IMG/VR virus record: IMGVR_UViG_3300037722_001730
Coordinates: 1 to 47,280 of that record
DNA from: a virus
Lineage: Duplodnaviria; Caudoviricetes
Length of the DNA: 47,280 nt
Reading direction: 5' to 3' (one strand)
Shown: piece after piece, positions 17,490 through 27,095 of the stretch
Position numbering within the stretch: the stretch's first letter is position 1
Layout: the number at the start of each line of letters is the position of its first letter
The notes under the pieces: model-generated
What the model saw: only the letters and a program-made list of their open reading frames with translations
What the model was told of the DNA's origin: nothing
Database searches by the model: none
Position numbers and translations under genes: made by a program

Positions 17490-19014
17490 CGTCTTCGTCC
17501 TCGTCTGGATCTGATCCAGGCTTGGGCTCCGGAGTGCCGGTACCCGGGAACCCGAGCCCGTCGCCGGTGCGCGCTTGTGTCAGACCGGCGTTGCTGACCT
17601 TACGAGGATCCGAATCCAGCACGATGCCGCGAGCATCGAGCATCGCGTTCGTTTCCTCGATCTCGTCGAGCAACTCATCGATGTCCATGCCGCGCTCGGC
17701 CGCCACCTGTACCAGTGTGGTTTGCCCGGATCGCATTGCGCCGGTCCGTGCCGGCACCTCGCGCTCGGGAGAGATCATTTCTCGCGGCGGCGGCGTGTGC
17801 TTGATGGCCAAGCCCGTCGTATCGACTCCCATGAGCGCGGCCCCTTCCAGCCACCACTGGATCAGTCGGTCGCACCCCATCGGGATGAACGTGTGCCATT
17901 GCCAGCGCACGACGTTGCGCTCCATTTCCAATCGGCCCATACGCCCAGATGTGAAATTGACGCCTTTCAGATCGCCCGTCAGCGCCTCGTAACTGATTCC
18001 AAGGCCCGCCGCGAGGGCGTGCAAAGACACGCTCGCATAGTCCTTGTAGTCAGTGATCGGCGGCGGCGTGCCGAAGCTAATCGTCGAGCCGTTGGACGCC
18101 CGGTACCATGAGCCCGGCTGGATGTTTTCCAGGTCGTCCGGAGCGGAAGACGCCGACGCGGGGCCGGCTCCGATCGGATCCGTCTTTACGCCAACGAAAC
18201 AGGCCGCGATCTTCTGCCGAAGCAATTGCGCTTCTTCGTAGTCGCCGAAGTCTGCGACGCGCAGCATGACCGGTGCGAGCCACGGGATACCGCGCACCTG
18301 GCCCGCGCGTTCGATTCGATACACGTGCGCCACGTCGCGCGAGTCGATCGCGACGCTCGCGGTGCTGCGCAGCATCGAGCCGCCCGGGTGCTCGGTGTAC
18401 AGCCAGTACTGTTTGCGGCGGCCGTTCGCATCGAACTCGACGCCCTGCACGATTCTGCCGCCGGTTTTCGTGCGCGCCGTGTCCCGGGTCGTGTCGAGGT
18501 AATCCGGCTCGAGCACCTGAAACTGTACGGGGAACGGCGCGGACCGATCCCACACGCGATGCACGAGCGACTCGCCGCTCTGTACCGTCGTCGCGCCCAT
18601 CAGCGCCTGTATCCCGTAAAGATCCATCTGCCCGCCGACGTCGATCGCGGTTGTATCGAGCGACGAGCGCGCCAACTCGTCGAGTTCAACGACGGCTTCA
18701 CCATTCCGCTTGAATCGCGTCGTGATGCCGCTGCCGAAGACGTTCGAGACGATCGCCTCGCAACCGCGACGTGCGTGCGGATTGTTGCGGATCAAGTCGA
18801 GTGATCCGGCGCGCAGCGTCGGACCCTTGCGCCCCGTGATGACGTCCGCCGAGGCCAGCGACCGCCGGATACTCCCGCCGCGGCGGCCAACGTCCGCGCC
18901 GTCGTAATACGCTTTTGCCTTCTCGATCGCGGAGATCTGCAACCTCGCGGTCGCGCGGCGGGCGCCGTGCGTCGGGGACAGGTACCCAATCAGGCGGTCG
19001 AGGCGCGTTAGCAC
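17482..19014 (-). CDS. Portal protein, lambda family
   Basis: DLIRNNPHA, LEPDYLD, GQVRGIPWLAPV and YEALTGDL...VNFTSGR motifs. Confidence 0.95.
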   Translation of the reverse strand: MLTRLDRLIGYLSPTHGARRATARLQISAIEKAKAYYDGADVGRRGGSIRRSLASADVITGRKGPTLRAGSLDLIRNNPHARRGCEAIVSNVFGSGITTRFKRNGEAVVELDELARSSLDTTAIDVGGQMDLYGIQALMGATTVQSGESLVHRVWDRSAPFPVQFQVLEPDYLDTTRDTARTKTGGRIVQGVEFDANGRRKQYWLYTEHPGGSMLRSTASVAIDSRDVAHVYRIERAGQVRGIPWLAPVMLRVADFGDYEEAQLLRQKIAACFVGVKTDPIGAGPASASSAPDDLENIQPGSWYRASNGSTISFGTPPPITDYKDYASVSLHALAAGLGISYEALTGDLKGVNFTSGRMGRLEMERNVVRWQWHTFIPMGCDRLIQWWLEGAALMGVDTTGLAIKHTPPPREMISPEREVPARTGAMRSGQTTLVQVAAERGMDIDELLDEIEETNAMLDARGIVLDSDPRKVSNAGLTQARTGDGLGFPGTGTPEPKPGSDPDEDEDGD

Positions 19015-19217
19015 TGCACGCCTTTGGAAAACTTCGTCAAGATGATTGCGCTGGCACCCTCCTGACCTTGCTGTTTCCGCGCATATTCGATGGCTTGCAA
19101 CAGGTCCGATTGCGACTTGTAGTTGAACGACCGGCCATCCGAAAACGTGCCACTCTGCAGCCCGTCGGTGAGGGCTTTCTCCAACTTCTCTAGGCGGTCA
19201 GTCCAGTTGATGCTCAT
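19008..19217 (-). CDS. Head completion protein (gpW-like)
   Basis: LEKAL..G..S..F.DGRS..YKS..DL; between terL and portal. Confidence 0.85.
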   Translation of the reverse strand: MSINWTDRLEKLEKALTDGLQSGTFSDGRSFNYKSQSDLLQAIEYARKQQGQEGASAIILTKFSKGVQC

Positions 19218-21106
19218 CGAGATCCTCTCGCCCGTTGGCGCGGCGTGGATAAAAACCCGTCCGGTTTACGCGGCGTTGGTGGCCGCGGCTTAGGCGCAAC
19301 ACCCTGCTGCGACTTGACGAGCTCCCAATCAGCCTCGCCCCATCGGCTCATGCCGAGCTTCTCTGCGACCGCGCGTGCGTACACGCGACAGTCGAGCGCT
19401 TCGTTGCGCTCTCGCTTCTTGACCCACTCCTGAACCGGGAACCCGCGCTTATCGATGCGAGTGACGAGCTCCTCGGCCACTAGCTGCTCGCACACCTCAG
19501 CGTCGACCTTCGGCAAGTGCACGAAGCCGGCCGGGTACGGCTGCCCGTCGATCGGCACCGGCTGGCGCAACTGCCCATAGAGCTCTTGCTTGATCAGCGC
19601 GCCGCCGACCGGCCACAGCATCACGCCAGCGGGTTTGCCGTTGACGAGCCGGTCCGACATCGACGGCGCACCGAGCATGGCGGTCCAGTTCTTGTGATGG
19701 TCGCCGCGAACCGCCAGCACGCGCGGATCCGCGACGGTCCGAACCCAGTCGAGCACGGTGTCGGTCGCATAGTTCGTGTCGACGCCGAGCCCCGCGAGCT
19801 GAAACGTGATGCCTCCGGCGCCGTTCCAAGACTCGGCGAGCATCGCCGTCAACGGTGTCCACGTTGCCTTGTTGTACGGGTCGCCCTCGAGCACGCGATG
19901 CTCGATGAGCCAGCTCTCCTTGCCCGGCCCCCACGCCCACACGTACGCCTCAAGGCGATTCGGCTGCACGTCGACACCGGCGTCGATGAACGCGGCGCGT
20001 TCGGGCACCGTCCCGATCGCGTAATCCTCGCGGCGCTCGTAGATCCGCTCCCACTCCGGCGCCTCGCCCTTCTCTTCCCACGTCTGGGCGAGCGCCTGAT
20101 TGACGAAGACCTTGAGCTTCGTCGTCGACTTCTGCGCCGCGGTCCACTCTCGCGCGAGCTGCCCAAAAGAGGGATCCCATCCGTTCGGTGTGTAGAGCGA
20201 ATTGAGGCGGTACGATTGCGTCTCGCCGTCGCCCTCCGCCTGTGGTCGCCACTCCCCGGCCTGCAGCATCCCCGTCTTGTGACGGTCGAGAATTGATCGA
20301 TCGCACGCGATGCACAGATACACCGCTTTCTTCGGCTGCCCTTCCGGCCAGCGAAGCTGCGACCACTCGAGCGATTGCATGGCGTCGCAGTGAGGGCACG
20401 GCACGAAATTGAGGCGCTGATCGCCGAGCAGGTAGTAGTGCTCGACACGGCTCGTTCCTTTGACGAGCGGCGTGCTGACGATGTACTGCTTGCCGCGCGC
20501 GCCGTAGGTCGCCGTGCGTTTCAACGCGATGCCGAGCGGGTCGCCCTCGCCGTCGACGTCGTGCGGATACGCATCGACCTCGTCGCACATCAGGAATCGC
20601 GCGTCGAGCATGCGCAGCGACATGGCTGACGCGGCGTTCGCGACCATGAACACGCACGCGTCGAACACCTTCGAGAATCGGGCCGCCGGCCCCCGTCCAT
20701 GCCGCTGGCGATCGCGCACGCGCGGCGTGCCCTCGATCATCGGCGTGATCTTCTGATCGACGTAGCGCTTCGCCGGCCCCTCGCCTGGCGAGACCAGCAT
20801 GAACGGGCCAGGCGCGTTGTCGATGACGTAGGCCAGCCAGTTGTTGCCGGCCTCAGAGCCGCCGATGCGCGACGGCTTCATGAACACGACGCGCTTCACC
20901 GGCGAGAGAATGGACAGCGAGTCCATGATCTCGCGCATGTACGGAGTGCGGTCCGTACGGTAGCGGCCTGGCTCCGACGACCCTACGCCGGAAAGGATGC
21001 GATACCGGTCTGCCCACTCGGACACCATGATCGCGTCCGGCGGCGTGATCGCGCGCTGGAACGCCTCGCGAACGACCTCGATCGTCCGCTCGTGCATGAG
21101 GTTCAC
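19214..21106 (-). CDS. terL: Terminase large subunit (lambda gpA family)
   Basis: RTPYMREIMD, DEVDAYP, STP, VPCPHC, GVDVQ and RNEALDC motifs. Confidence 0.97.
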   Translation of the reverse strand: MNLMHERTIEVVREAFQRAITPPDAIMVSEWADRYRILSGVGSSEPGRYRTDRTPYMREIMDSLSILSPVKRVVFMKPSRIGGSEAGNNWLAYVIDNAPGPFMLVSPGEGPAKRYVDQKITPMIEGTPRVRDRQRHGRGPAARFSKVFDACVFMVANAASAMSLRMLDARFLMCDEVDAYPHDVDGEGDPLGIALKRTATYGARGKQYIVSTPLVKGTSRVEHYYLLGDQRLNFVPCPHCDAMQSLEWSQLRWPEGQPKKAVYLCIACDRSILDRHKTGMLQAGEWRPQAEGDGETQSYRLNSLYTPNGWDPSFGQLAREWTAAQKSTTKLKVFVNQALAQTWEEKGEAPEWERIYERREDYAIGTVPERAAFIDAGVDVQPNRLEAYVWAWGPGKESWLIEHRVLEGDPYNKATWTPLTAMLAESWNGAGGITFQLAGLGVDTNYATDTVLDWVRTVADPRVLAVRGDHHKNWTAMLGAPSMSDRLVNGKPAGVMLWPVGGALIKQELYGQLRQPVPIDGQPYPAGFVHLPKVDAEVCEQLVAEELVTRIDKRGFPVQEWVKKRERNEALDCRVYARAVAEKLGMSRWGEADWELVKSQQGVAPKPRPPTPRKPDGFLSTPRQRARGSR

Positions 21107-21579
21107 AGGCTGTCGGCGATCTGTTTCAGTTCCAGCCGTAGGTGCTTCTCAAGCGCGGCCGACACAGGCCCGACATCGGTGCCGAGCTCGCCAGCGATCT
21201 CGTGCGATCGGCGCGCCGGCATCGTCGCAAGCGTGTCCAAGATCAGCCGGCCGATCCGCGCCGCCTCGTTGCGCGCCAAACTCGCGTCGACCAGTCGGCC
21301 CTCGTCCTCTGCGACCGCGAGCTCGTGCCCGCGCATCAGCGCGTGCTGCTTTCGGATCTCGATGGCGGCCAGCGTCGTCTCGCTGCCGTCGGCTTCCTTC
21401 ACGACGGCAGGCTTCTTCTTCGCCGCGAACCGGCCAAGCTTCTTCGCCTTTAGGTTGCGGTTGCTGGACGCCAGGTCGACGTCGCCGTTCTTCCGGCAGC
21501 GAACGAGCCCCCTCTTGCGCCACCGGCTCGCCGTCATCTTGCTGACGCCGTGACGGTCGGCGAACTCTGATAGATTCAC
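21103..21579 (-). CDS. terS: Terminase small subunit (Nu1-like)
   Basis: N-terminal HTH (EFADRHGVSKMTASRWRKRG), GRLVD motif; immediately upstream of terL. Confidence 0.88.
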   Translation of the reverse strand: MNLSEFADRHGVSKMTASRWRKRGLVRCRKNGDVDLASSNRNLKAKKLGRFAAKKKPAVVKEADGSETTLAAIEIRKQHALMRGHELAVAEDEGRLVDASLARNEAARIGRLILDTLATMPARRSHEIAGELGTDVGPVSAALEKHLRLELKQIADSL

Positions 21580-21630
21580 ATCGCAAGTAACGTAACGGGA
21601 ATTTCAGGGGTCAATTAATCGCGAAGCCTT

Positions 21631-21671
21631 GCGGCTGCGCACCCGCGACCCCAGGAAGTGTAAAAGGACCC
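21631..21671 (-). other. Putative cos site (cosQ-like GGGTCCT plus cosN-like dyad)
   Basis: Minus strand GGGTCCT (21671-21665), then the near-palindrome GCGGGTGCGCAGCCGC (21646-21631), upstream of terS as in lambda. Confidence 0.65.
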
Positions 21672-21707
21672 GACAGGGGGTGTCGGATTCCTTTACGTCG
21701 ATTCTCT

Positions 21708-21887
21708 TTACACATCGGCGTCATGCTCATGAGTTGGCACGGTTCGTGCCTGGCGTGCCTTGCGCGCTGGCTTACCGTTCGGTTGCCGGTTGGCTGAGGC
21801 ATGGAGCTCTCGCTCTGCCTTCTCCCGCTCAAGCTCTTCGACGCGCCGCTCGAGCGCACGTATGCGCTGCATCGCTTCGAGGATCAT
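21708..21887 (-). CDS. Small coiled-coil hypothetical protein (59 aa)
   Basis: Read manually: MILEAMQRIRALERRVEELE...; ATGA overlap with the gpZ-like gene. Confidence 0.55.
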   Translation of the reverse strand: MILEAMQRIRALERRVEELEREKAERELHASANRQPNGKPARKARQARTVPTHEHDADV

Positions 21888-22510
21888 GCTCGCTTGCGCC
21901 TCCGCGCCAATAGCCGCTGCACTGCGTGGCGTATCTCATGCTTGAGCTCGATCGGCAATCGCTCCTTCACGGTCTCCTCGCGTCGCTTGGTGAGCAGCGG
22001 TTGTGCAGCCTCACGCACGATGCCTGCGCCCCACACTGCTTCGATGTGCGGGCTCTTGCCTGCCCACTTGCCCTTGCGGATCAACTTCGTGCGGGCTCGA
22101 CCAGCGGCGCTGCGCTGCACGGCGATCACTTGCCCGTTGGGCATGCGCGCTAGGAACACGCCCGGATGCTTGCGCCGTCTGCCCCAGGCTTGCGCCGTGA
22201 CGCCGCCCCTCGGGCTACGCGGTTGCTTCGAGCCACGCACGGACTCAATGAGGTTGAACGGCTTGCCGGTGATCTCGATGATGGCGACCGGATCGGCCTT
22301 CGACGCACGCTTGCGGATGACGACGCGCCGACGGACGCTCGATACCTTGAACCCGGTCGCTTCAGAGATGTCCTTCGAGCCTCGCGACTTGACTGTCGCG
22401 GCCACGCGGTTGACCGCACGTGCAGCGGCCGTCGGGAACACGTGCTGTTGCATCTGCGTCAATTTGCGGCGCAGGCTCGCGGTGCCTTGTACGCGCTGAA
22501 TGAACGCCAT
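21884..22510 (-). CDS. gpZ-like minor tail/neck protein
   Basis: Basic protein with AAARAVNRVA, FLARMPNG and RLPIELKHEI patterns; start reassigned to MAFIQRV. Confidence 0.75.
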   Translation of the reverse strand: MAFIQRVQGTASLRRKLTQMQQHVFPTAAARAVNRVAATVKSRGSKDISEATGFKVSSVRRRVVIRKRASKADPVAIIEITGKPFNLIESVRGSKQPRSPRGGVTAQAWGRRRKHPGVFLARMPNGQVIAVQRSAAGRARTKLIRKGKWAGKSPHIEAVWGAGIVREAAQPLLTKRREETVKERLPIELKHEIRHAVQRLLARRRKRA

Positions 22511-22833
22511 TAAGCCGCCCTCACCTGCGCGACCAGCGTCTCGACCCACTCCGCGCGGAAGCTCTGGCTGCCTATCGCCTTGATGGTGGCAAGGTAGAGC
22601 TGGCCTGCCGTGACGCTCAGCCCGTGCGGGAGCGTCGCTCGATAGAGCCCGGCCGATACGTGCGGCATGGAGAGTGGCAGCGTGACACCTGTAACGGCAT
22701 CGCCTGTCAGCTTGTCGACCAGCGCCGTGAGCTGCACGGTCGCATCGGTCTGCACCGCGCCGTCATTGTCCTTCAGGTCCTTGACCTCTACGAGATGCGT
22801 GTTGTCGCCGACGTACAGCGCGGAGTGGGTCAT
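22510..22833 (-). CDS. Beta-rich (Ig-like) putative virion adaptor protein
   Basis: LYVGDNT...GLYRATLP pattern; coupled start/stop. Confidence 0.6.
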   Translation of the reverse strand: MTHSALYVGDNTHLVEVKDLKDNDGAVQTDATVQLTALVDKLTGDAVTGVTLPLSMPHVSAGLYRATLPHGLSVTAGQLYLATIKAIGSQSFRAEWVETLVAQVRAA

Positions 22834-23111
22834 CCACCGACCTTCGAAAACACCGCCGTGCGATCACGATTCGTCTGCGCTTTCAGCTCCTCGAGCGTCC
22901 CATCGGTGAGATCGGCAAACCCGATCACCTTGGTGGAGACGTCGCCCGCGTTCTTTTTCGCCTTTCGGGCTTGACCACGAAGCATCACCGCAACCCGATT
23001 GGCCGTGTCGTAGTCCATGATCACGCCCTGTCCGTTTATCGTCAGTTCGACTTCTGTGCCGAGGACGCGTACGGCGAAGCGAGTGCGTTGTAGCAACCGA
23101 GTGGAGCTCAT
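22830..23111 (-). CDS. Hypothetical protein
   Basis: ATGA overlaps on both sides. Confidence 0.65.
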   Translation of the reverse strand: MSSTRLLQRTRFAVRVLGTEVELTINGQGVIMDYDTANRVAVMLRGQARKAKKNAGDVSTKVIGFADLTDGTLEELKAQTNRDRTAVFSKVGG

Positions 23112-23404
23112 GCGGCGAGATTCACCAGCGCGTCGGCAATAGCGGCCTCGACGCAACCGGCTTCAGCCGCAACGGGCCGTATCGCTTCCTCGACGTTGGC
23201 GAGCACGGCCGCGAGGGCTTTCTTGCTCGTCTTGCCATCGGTGCTGCTTGCCGCATAGACGGCGATCTGTCCGCTCGAGTGCTTAAACACGCGAATGATC
23301 GACGTCTGCGCTTCGTCGAAGATTTTCGTGTTGACGATCGTCACCCAAAGGGGATCGCGCGCGATCTTGCTGTACGCGGCGGCGACTTGTTCCTGCTGAT
23401 TCAT
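23108..23404 (-). CDS. Hypothetical protein
   Basis: AAGGAG SD; co-directional cluster. Confidence 0.65.
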   Translation of the reverse strand: MNQQEQVAAAYSKIARDPLWVTIVNTKIFDEAQTSIIRVFKHSSGQIAVYAASSTDGKTSKKALAAVLANVEEAIRPVAAEAGCVEAAIADALVNLAA

Positions 23405-23418
23405 GCGAGCCTACTCCT

Positions 23419-23865
23419 TCAAGCGAAAACCCAGTCGAGCGCTCCGATAGCGAACTGCGGATTCACCGTGTTGTTTATAACCAGGTCGTCGACGAGGTCC
23501 TGATGCAACCGCAATACGTCACCGGTTGCGAGCAATCCAAGACCTACATGCACAACGGTATCTGGGCCGCCTGCGGTCATCTCGCCGAACTGAATCAGCG
23601 CGGCGTTGCTCACCGTGTCGCCCGACACGGTCCAACCCGAGCCGCTTCTAGCTTGCGTGGGTCTGGCGTAACCGGTGTATGCAACCTCGTCCGCCGTGAG
23701 AAGCGTGTCGGCGTCGATGTAGGCCACGGTTGCCAGCGCAAGTTGGCTGCTGCCTGCACTTGCCGAGCCAGGCAGCCCCGTGGCGTCACCGATATCCGCG
23801 ATGCCGGTGTTATTGAACAGCAGCAGGGGAAGTACGTTCTTGAATCCATCGGTCATCGACGACAT
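23419..23865 (-). CDS. Conserved virion structural protein (Gp80-like)
   Basis: IADIGDATGL...EVAYTGYAR...GWTVSG...N...I.F motif; AGGAG SD. Confidence 0.75.
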   Translation of the reverse strand: MSSMTDGFKNVLPLLLFNNTGIADIGDATGLPGSASAGSSQLALATVAYIDADTLLTADEVAYTGYARPTQARSGSGWTVSGDTVSNAALIQFGEMTAGGPDTVVHVGLGLLATGDVLRLHQDLVDDLVINNTVNPQFAIGALDWVFA

Positions 23866-23885
23866 GGGTGTTTCCTCCTAGAAAA

Positions 23886-25517
23886 TCATTCGTTCGGCTG
23901 CAGTCGAGGTCGTCCGGTCATTGCCGGCGTCAACCGCATTTCCGCAGACAGCGCCGGGCGAACCGACACATCCCCAAGCAGGAAGCCGACAGCTGCATTC
24001 GCGTCGACGAGCAGGGCGGCGCCCAAAATCTCCACCTGCCCCTGCGCGGACAGCTGACCAGGCGCATGGATCGTCGCGCTGCCACTGATGACCAGCGTTC
24101 CGTTTGCAACCAGTACGCCATTGCCTTGAAGAGCAGCAGATCCGGTAACGGACAGAGCACCGGCAGCGTCAAGTCGACCCGACGCGGAAAGTGCCGCCGA
24201 TCCAGCAATGCTGAGTGCGCCATCCGCGGCAAGGTCAATCGGGTCACTGTCGGTTAGGTTCGCAGCACCGACGATGGACACCGAGCCAGTAGCCGCTAGC
24301 GTGCCAACCGCGTCAATGTCAGCCGAGCCGACAATCCACAGCGAGCCGGCGGCGCTCAGATCAGAAATCGACCCAGAAATAACCGCCGAGCCATCGATCG
24401 AGAGAGCGCCTGCCGCAGCAAGGGCCCCGATGGCATCAAGATCAGCAGCACCGGAGATTGACAGCGTGCCTGCTGCAGCAGCCGACCCTGCAGCATCCAG
24501 GTCGGCCGTACCCGCAATGGACAACGATCCGGCAGCTAGCAAGATGCCAAGAGCATCCAGATCAGCTGCGCCTGTGATCGAGACAGCACCCGTTGCTGTC
24601 AGTTCTCCGATCGCGGTTAGCGTTGCGCTACCGGCAATCGACAGCGACCCTGCCGCTACTAGATCATTGGCCGCTGCTGCTTGCGTGAGATCCGCAGAGC
24701 CCGTGATGGATGCGGCACCCGCGGCAGCAAGCGAGCCGCTTGCGTCAAGGTCGGCACTCCCCGTGACTGAGATGGCACCCGATGCGGCCAGCGAGCCGGT
24801 AGCGTTGAGCGTGGCTGCGCCTGTAATGGACAGAGCACCTGTCGCCTCAATATCGTCTGCAGCCTCAGCAGCATCCAAAAACACCGCATGGAGCATGATC
24901 CACGCGGCGGACGAGCCCGTAGCGGTTGAAGCCGCCGTCTGCGCTACACCATTCGCCGCGTCTCGGTAAAAGACGTGCATCGGCTGGAACAGATAAGCTC
25001 TTTCTGCGGCCTCGGTCCAACCCGAGTCAGGCGCCAGAGTCGGCGTGCCGTCGATGACCGCACCCAACGCCACGTGAAACCCGGCGCCGGTCGGCGTAAT
25101 CGCAGTGCCGCCCGTCAGTGCCGTGCCGGTCCCTTGGTTGTTGACCGTCGTGGCGTACAAGACATCACTGGCACCAGGACCAGAGATCTCAACCGCTATG
25201 GCGTTCCAGTATTCGCCCTCGGACGAGGTGACCGTGACCGCGTGACTTGCCCCACCCGCCGTGTTCGGCGCGTAGAACATGTGGGTTTTCCACCCCGGAG
25301 AAAATTCACCGACCGCGTTCCTCAGAACGGCCGTCGAATACGTCCCGCCCTTGTTGTCGCTGGCGGTGAAGGTCCTAGTGCTACCGGACTCGTCAAACTC
25401 AAATGCGCTGACACAGATGACGATCAGGTTGCCGGCCGTCGTAGCCGAACCGAACGTGACGACAACCGTTGACGAATCAGTCGCGTCGTTCGATGCGCTT
25501 TGAACGAGCGCGCTCAC
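23886..25517 (-). CDS. Putative fibre protein: N-terminal beta domain plus ~14 x 20-aa repeats
   Basis: TTAGNLIVI N-domain; repeat consensus LxAxGxLSIxGxAxLxAxG. Confidence 0.75.
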   Translation of the reverse strand: MSALVQSASNDATDSSTVVVTFGSATTAGNLIVICVSAFEFDESGSTRTFTASDNKGGTYSTAVLRNAVGEFSPGWKTHMFYAPNTAGGASHAVTVTSSEGEYWNAIAVEISGPGASDVLYATTVNNQGTGTALTGGTAITPTGAGFHVALGAVIDGTPTLAPDSGWTEAAERAYLFQPMHVFYRDAANGVAQTAASTATGSSAAWIMLHAVFLDAAEAADDIEATGALSITGAATLNATGSLAASGAISVTGSADLDASGSLAAAGAASITGSADLTQAAAANDLVAAGSLSIAGSATLTAIGELTATGAVSITGAADLDALGILLAAGSLSIAGTADLDAAGSAAAAGTLSISGAADLDAIGALAAAGALSIDGSAVISGSISDLSAAGSLWIVGSADIDAVGTLAATGSVSIVGAANLTDSDPIDLAADGALSIAGSAALSASGRLDAAGALSVTGSAALQGNGVLVANGTLVISGSATIHAPGQLSAQGQVEILGAALLVDANAAVGFLLGDVSVRPALSAEMRLTPAMTGRPRLQPNE

Positions 25518-25520
25518 CCA

Positions 25521-25673
25521 CTATCCATTCGTCAGCCACCGCGCCTTGAGCTTGTAGAACTCCGCGCGGGTCGTACCAGCCATCCGAGCGGCTTCGCTCA
25601 CGGACCGAGCCCTCGACAAAAGCTCTGTCAGATATCGGACGCGCGCTTGGCGCATCGCTTCGCGGTAGGTCAT
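25521..25673 (-). CDS. Small Fis-type HTH protein (50 aa)
   Basis: YLTELL...SVSEAARMAGTTRAEFYKLK resembles the Fis/NtrC C-terminal HTH. Confidence 0.65.
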   Translation of the reverse strand: MTYREAMRQARVRYLTELLSRARSVSEAARMAGTTRAEFYKLKARWLTNG

Positions 25674-25677
25674 TCCA

Positions 25678-26001
25678 TCAAGGAAATTGCAGCGCCAACA
25701 CCGCCGGAGGGGATTCAGACACGACGCCCACCGTGACTTCCTCGATGATCTCGTCGCTGGTACGCCCAGCGTCATCGACGCACACACCGCGAAAGTAGTA
25801 CGTGCCTTCGTCCAACGCTTGCTGCACGTACTCGGTGAATGCCTGGCCCGCCACAGGCTCTACCCGTCTGGGCGTGCCGAACCACTCAGGATCGTTGCGT
25901 ACCGCGAATGAAATATCGGCATGAGAGATCCGCCCCAAAGGTAGCGGGCTCCCATCCTTTCGAGTCTCCGGCCAAATCACACGGACTGTCTTGTCTTGCA
26001 T
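25678..26001 (-). CDS. Single FN3/Ig-like domain protein, no signal peptide
   Basis: W..TRKDGSPL...GTYYFRGVCVD..G..S; GAGGT SD before ATG 26001. Confidence 0.7.
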   Translation of the reverse strand: MQDKTVRVIWPETRKDGSPLPLGRISHADISFAVRNDPEWFGTPRRVEPVAGQAFTEYVQQALDEGTYYFRGVCVDDAGRTSDEIIEEVTVGVVSESPPAVLALQFP

Positions 26002-26062
26002 ATTTACCTCAATGCGAATTCGGCTCGGCGGCGACTCCCTGTGGAGAAGCCGGATAAGCCAG

Positions 26063-26986
26063 TCAAGGAGACGGCGCAGCACACCGCACGTAATTCACGT
26101 CAGGCTGTGGCTGACCCAGGGGATACACCACGTTCGCCTTCGTGACGACGTAGAACACTTCCCCGCCAGCGAGATAGCCCTCGGTGCCAACGCACTCGAC
26201 ACCGAGCGCAACATCACCCACGCGAAAGATCCCGTTGGCGTCCGGCAGACGAGAGCCGCCATACACGCGCACGTCGGTAGTCACCAGCGGACCGGAGGCA
26301 GACTCGATTACTATCACGTCCGAAGGCGCGCCAGGCTCCGCAGAGACGATGCCCTCGGCAACGTTCGACTGCGCGCTTTCCCGGCCCATGGAGTTGAACG
26401 CGGTCGCAACGAAGTAGTAGTGCGCGTACGGCAGGTTCTCGATGACGTAGGACATTAGCCCTGGGTTGTCGAGCTGCACCGAGTTGGGATACGAGCCCGG
26501 CGCCGTGCCCCAATACAGCTTGAAGCCCGCAAGGTCCGTCAACGGCGTGTTGTCGGTATTTTCAGTCGGCACCGTCCATGACAGCTCGGCCGCACCCGTT
26601 GGCAGCGTAACCACCGTCGCGTTCCATGTAGAACCTGATTGAACGAAGGGCTCGGTTACACCATTGACGGTAATCGTCCCGCCGGACATGGAACCGCTGT
26701 CAATATCGACCCGAGTGGACACGGGACCGTCGATCGTCGCAGAAGCCAACCGGATGCTGTTGTTCTGCGTGCCCAAGCTCGGAACGGTATCGAGAAACGG
26801 TCCGGCACTCCCTTGGCCAAACCAGTCGAGCAGGGCTCCGCCTGTCAGCGTGACAGTTACGGGGCCAGGATCTCCGGAAATCTGGAAGTCGCACTCCCAA
26901 TTGAAGGCGCCGCAGTTGGAGATTGAGACCGTGACGTCGGCCATCGAGGCGAAGGGCAGCAGTAGCAATGCAAGGCAGTGCTTCAA
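26063..26986 (-). CDS. Secreted fibronectin type III domain protein
   Basis: TTG start with AGGAG SD; signal peptide KHCLALLLLPFASMA; LSWTVPTENTD..PLTDLAGFKLYWG...YYFVATAFN...ES. Confidence 0.8.
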   Translation of the reverse strand: MKHCLALLLLPFASMADVTVSISNCGAFNWECDFQISGDPGPVTVTLTGGALLDWFGQGSAGPFLDTVPSLGTQNNSIRLASATIDGPVSTRVDIDSGSMSGGTITVNGVTEPFVQSGSTWNATVVTLPTGAAELSWTVPTENTDNTPLTDLAGFKLYWGTAPGSYPNSVQLDNPGLMSYVIENLPYAHYYFVATAFNSMGRESAQSNVAEGIVSAEPGAPSDVIVIESASGPLVTTDVRVYGGSRLPDANGIFRVGDVALGVECVGTEGYLAGGEVFYVVTKANVVYPLGQPQPDVNYVRCAAPSP

Positions 26987-27095
26987 GTCATCTCCTGTTT
27001 GGGGTGAACGCCTAGGCCACGAAAGCAAGCTCCGCCGATCTCGCGTGACCAAAATTAGCTGCGTGCCTCGATTAGCTTCGGCGCTCATTGTGCGG

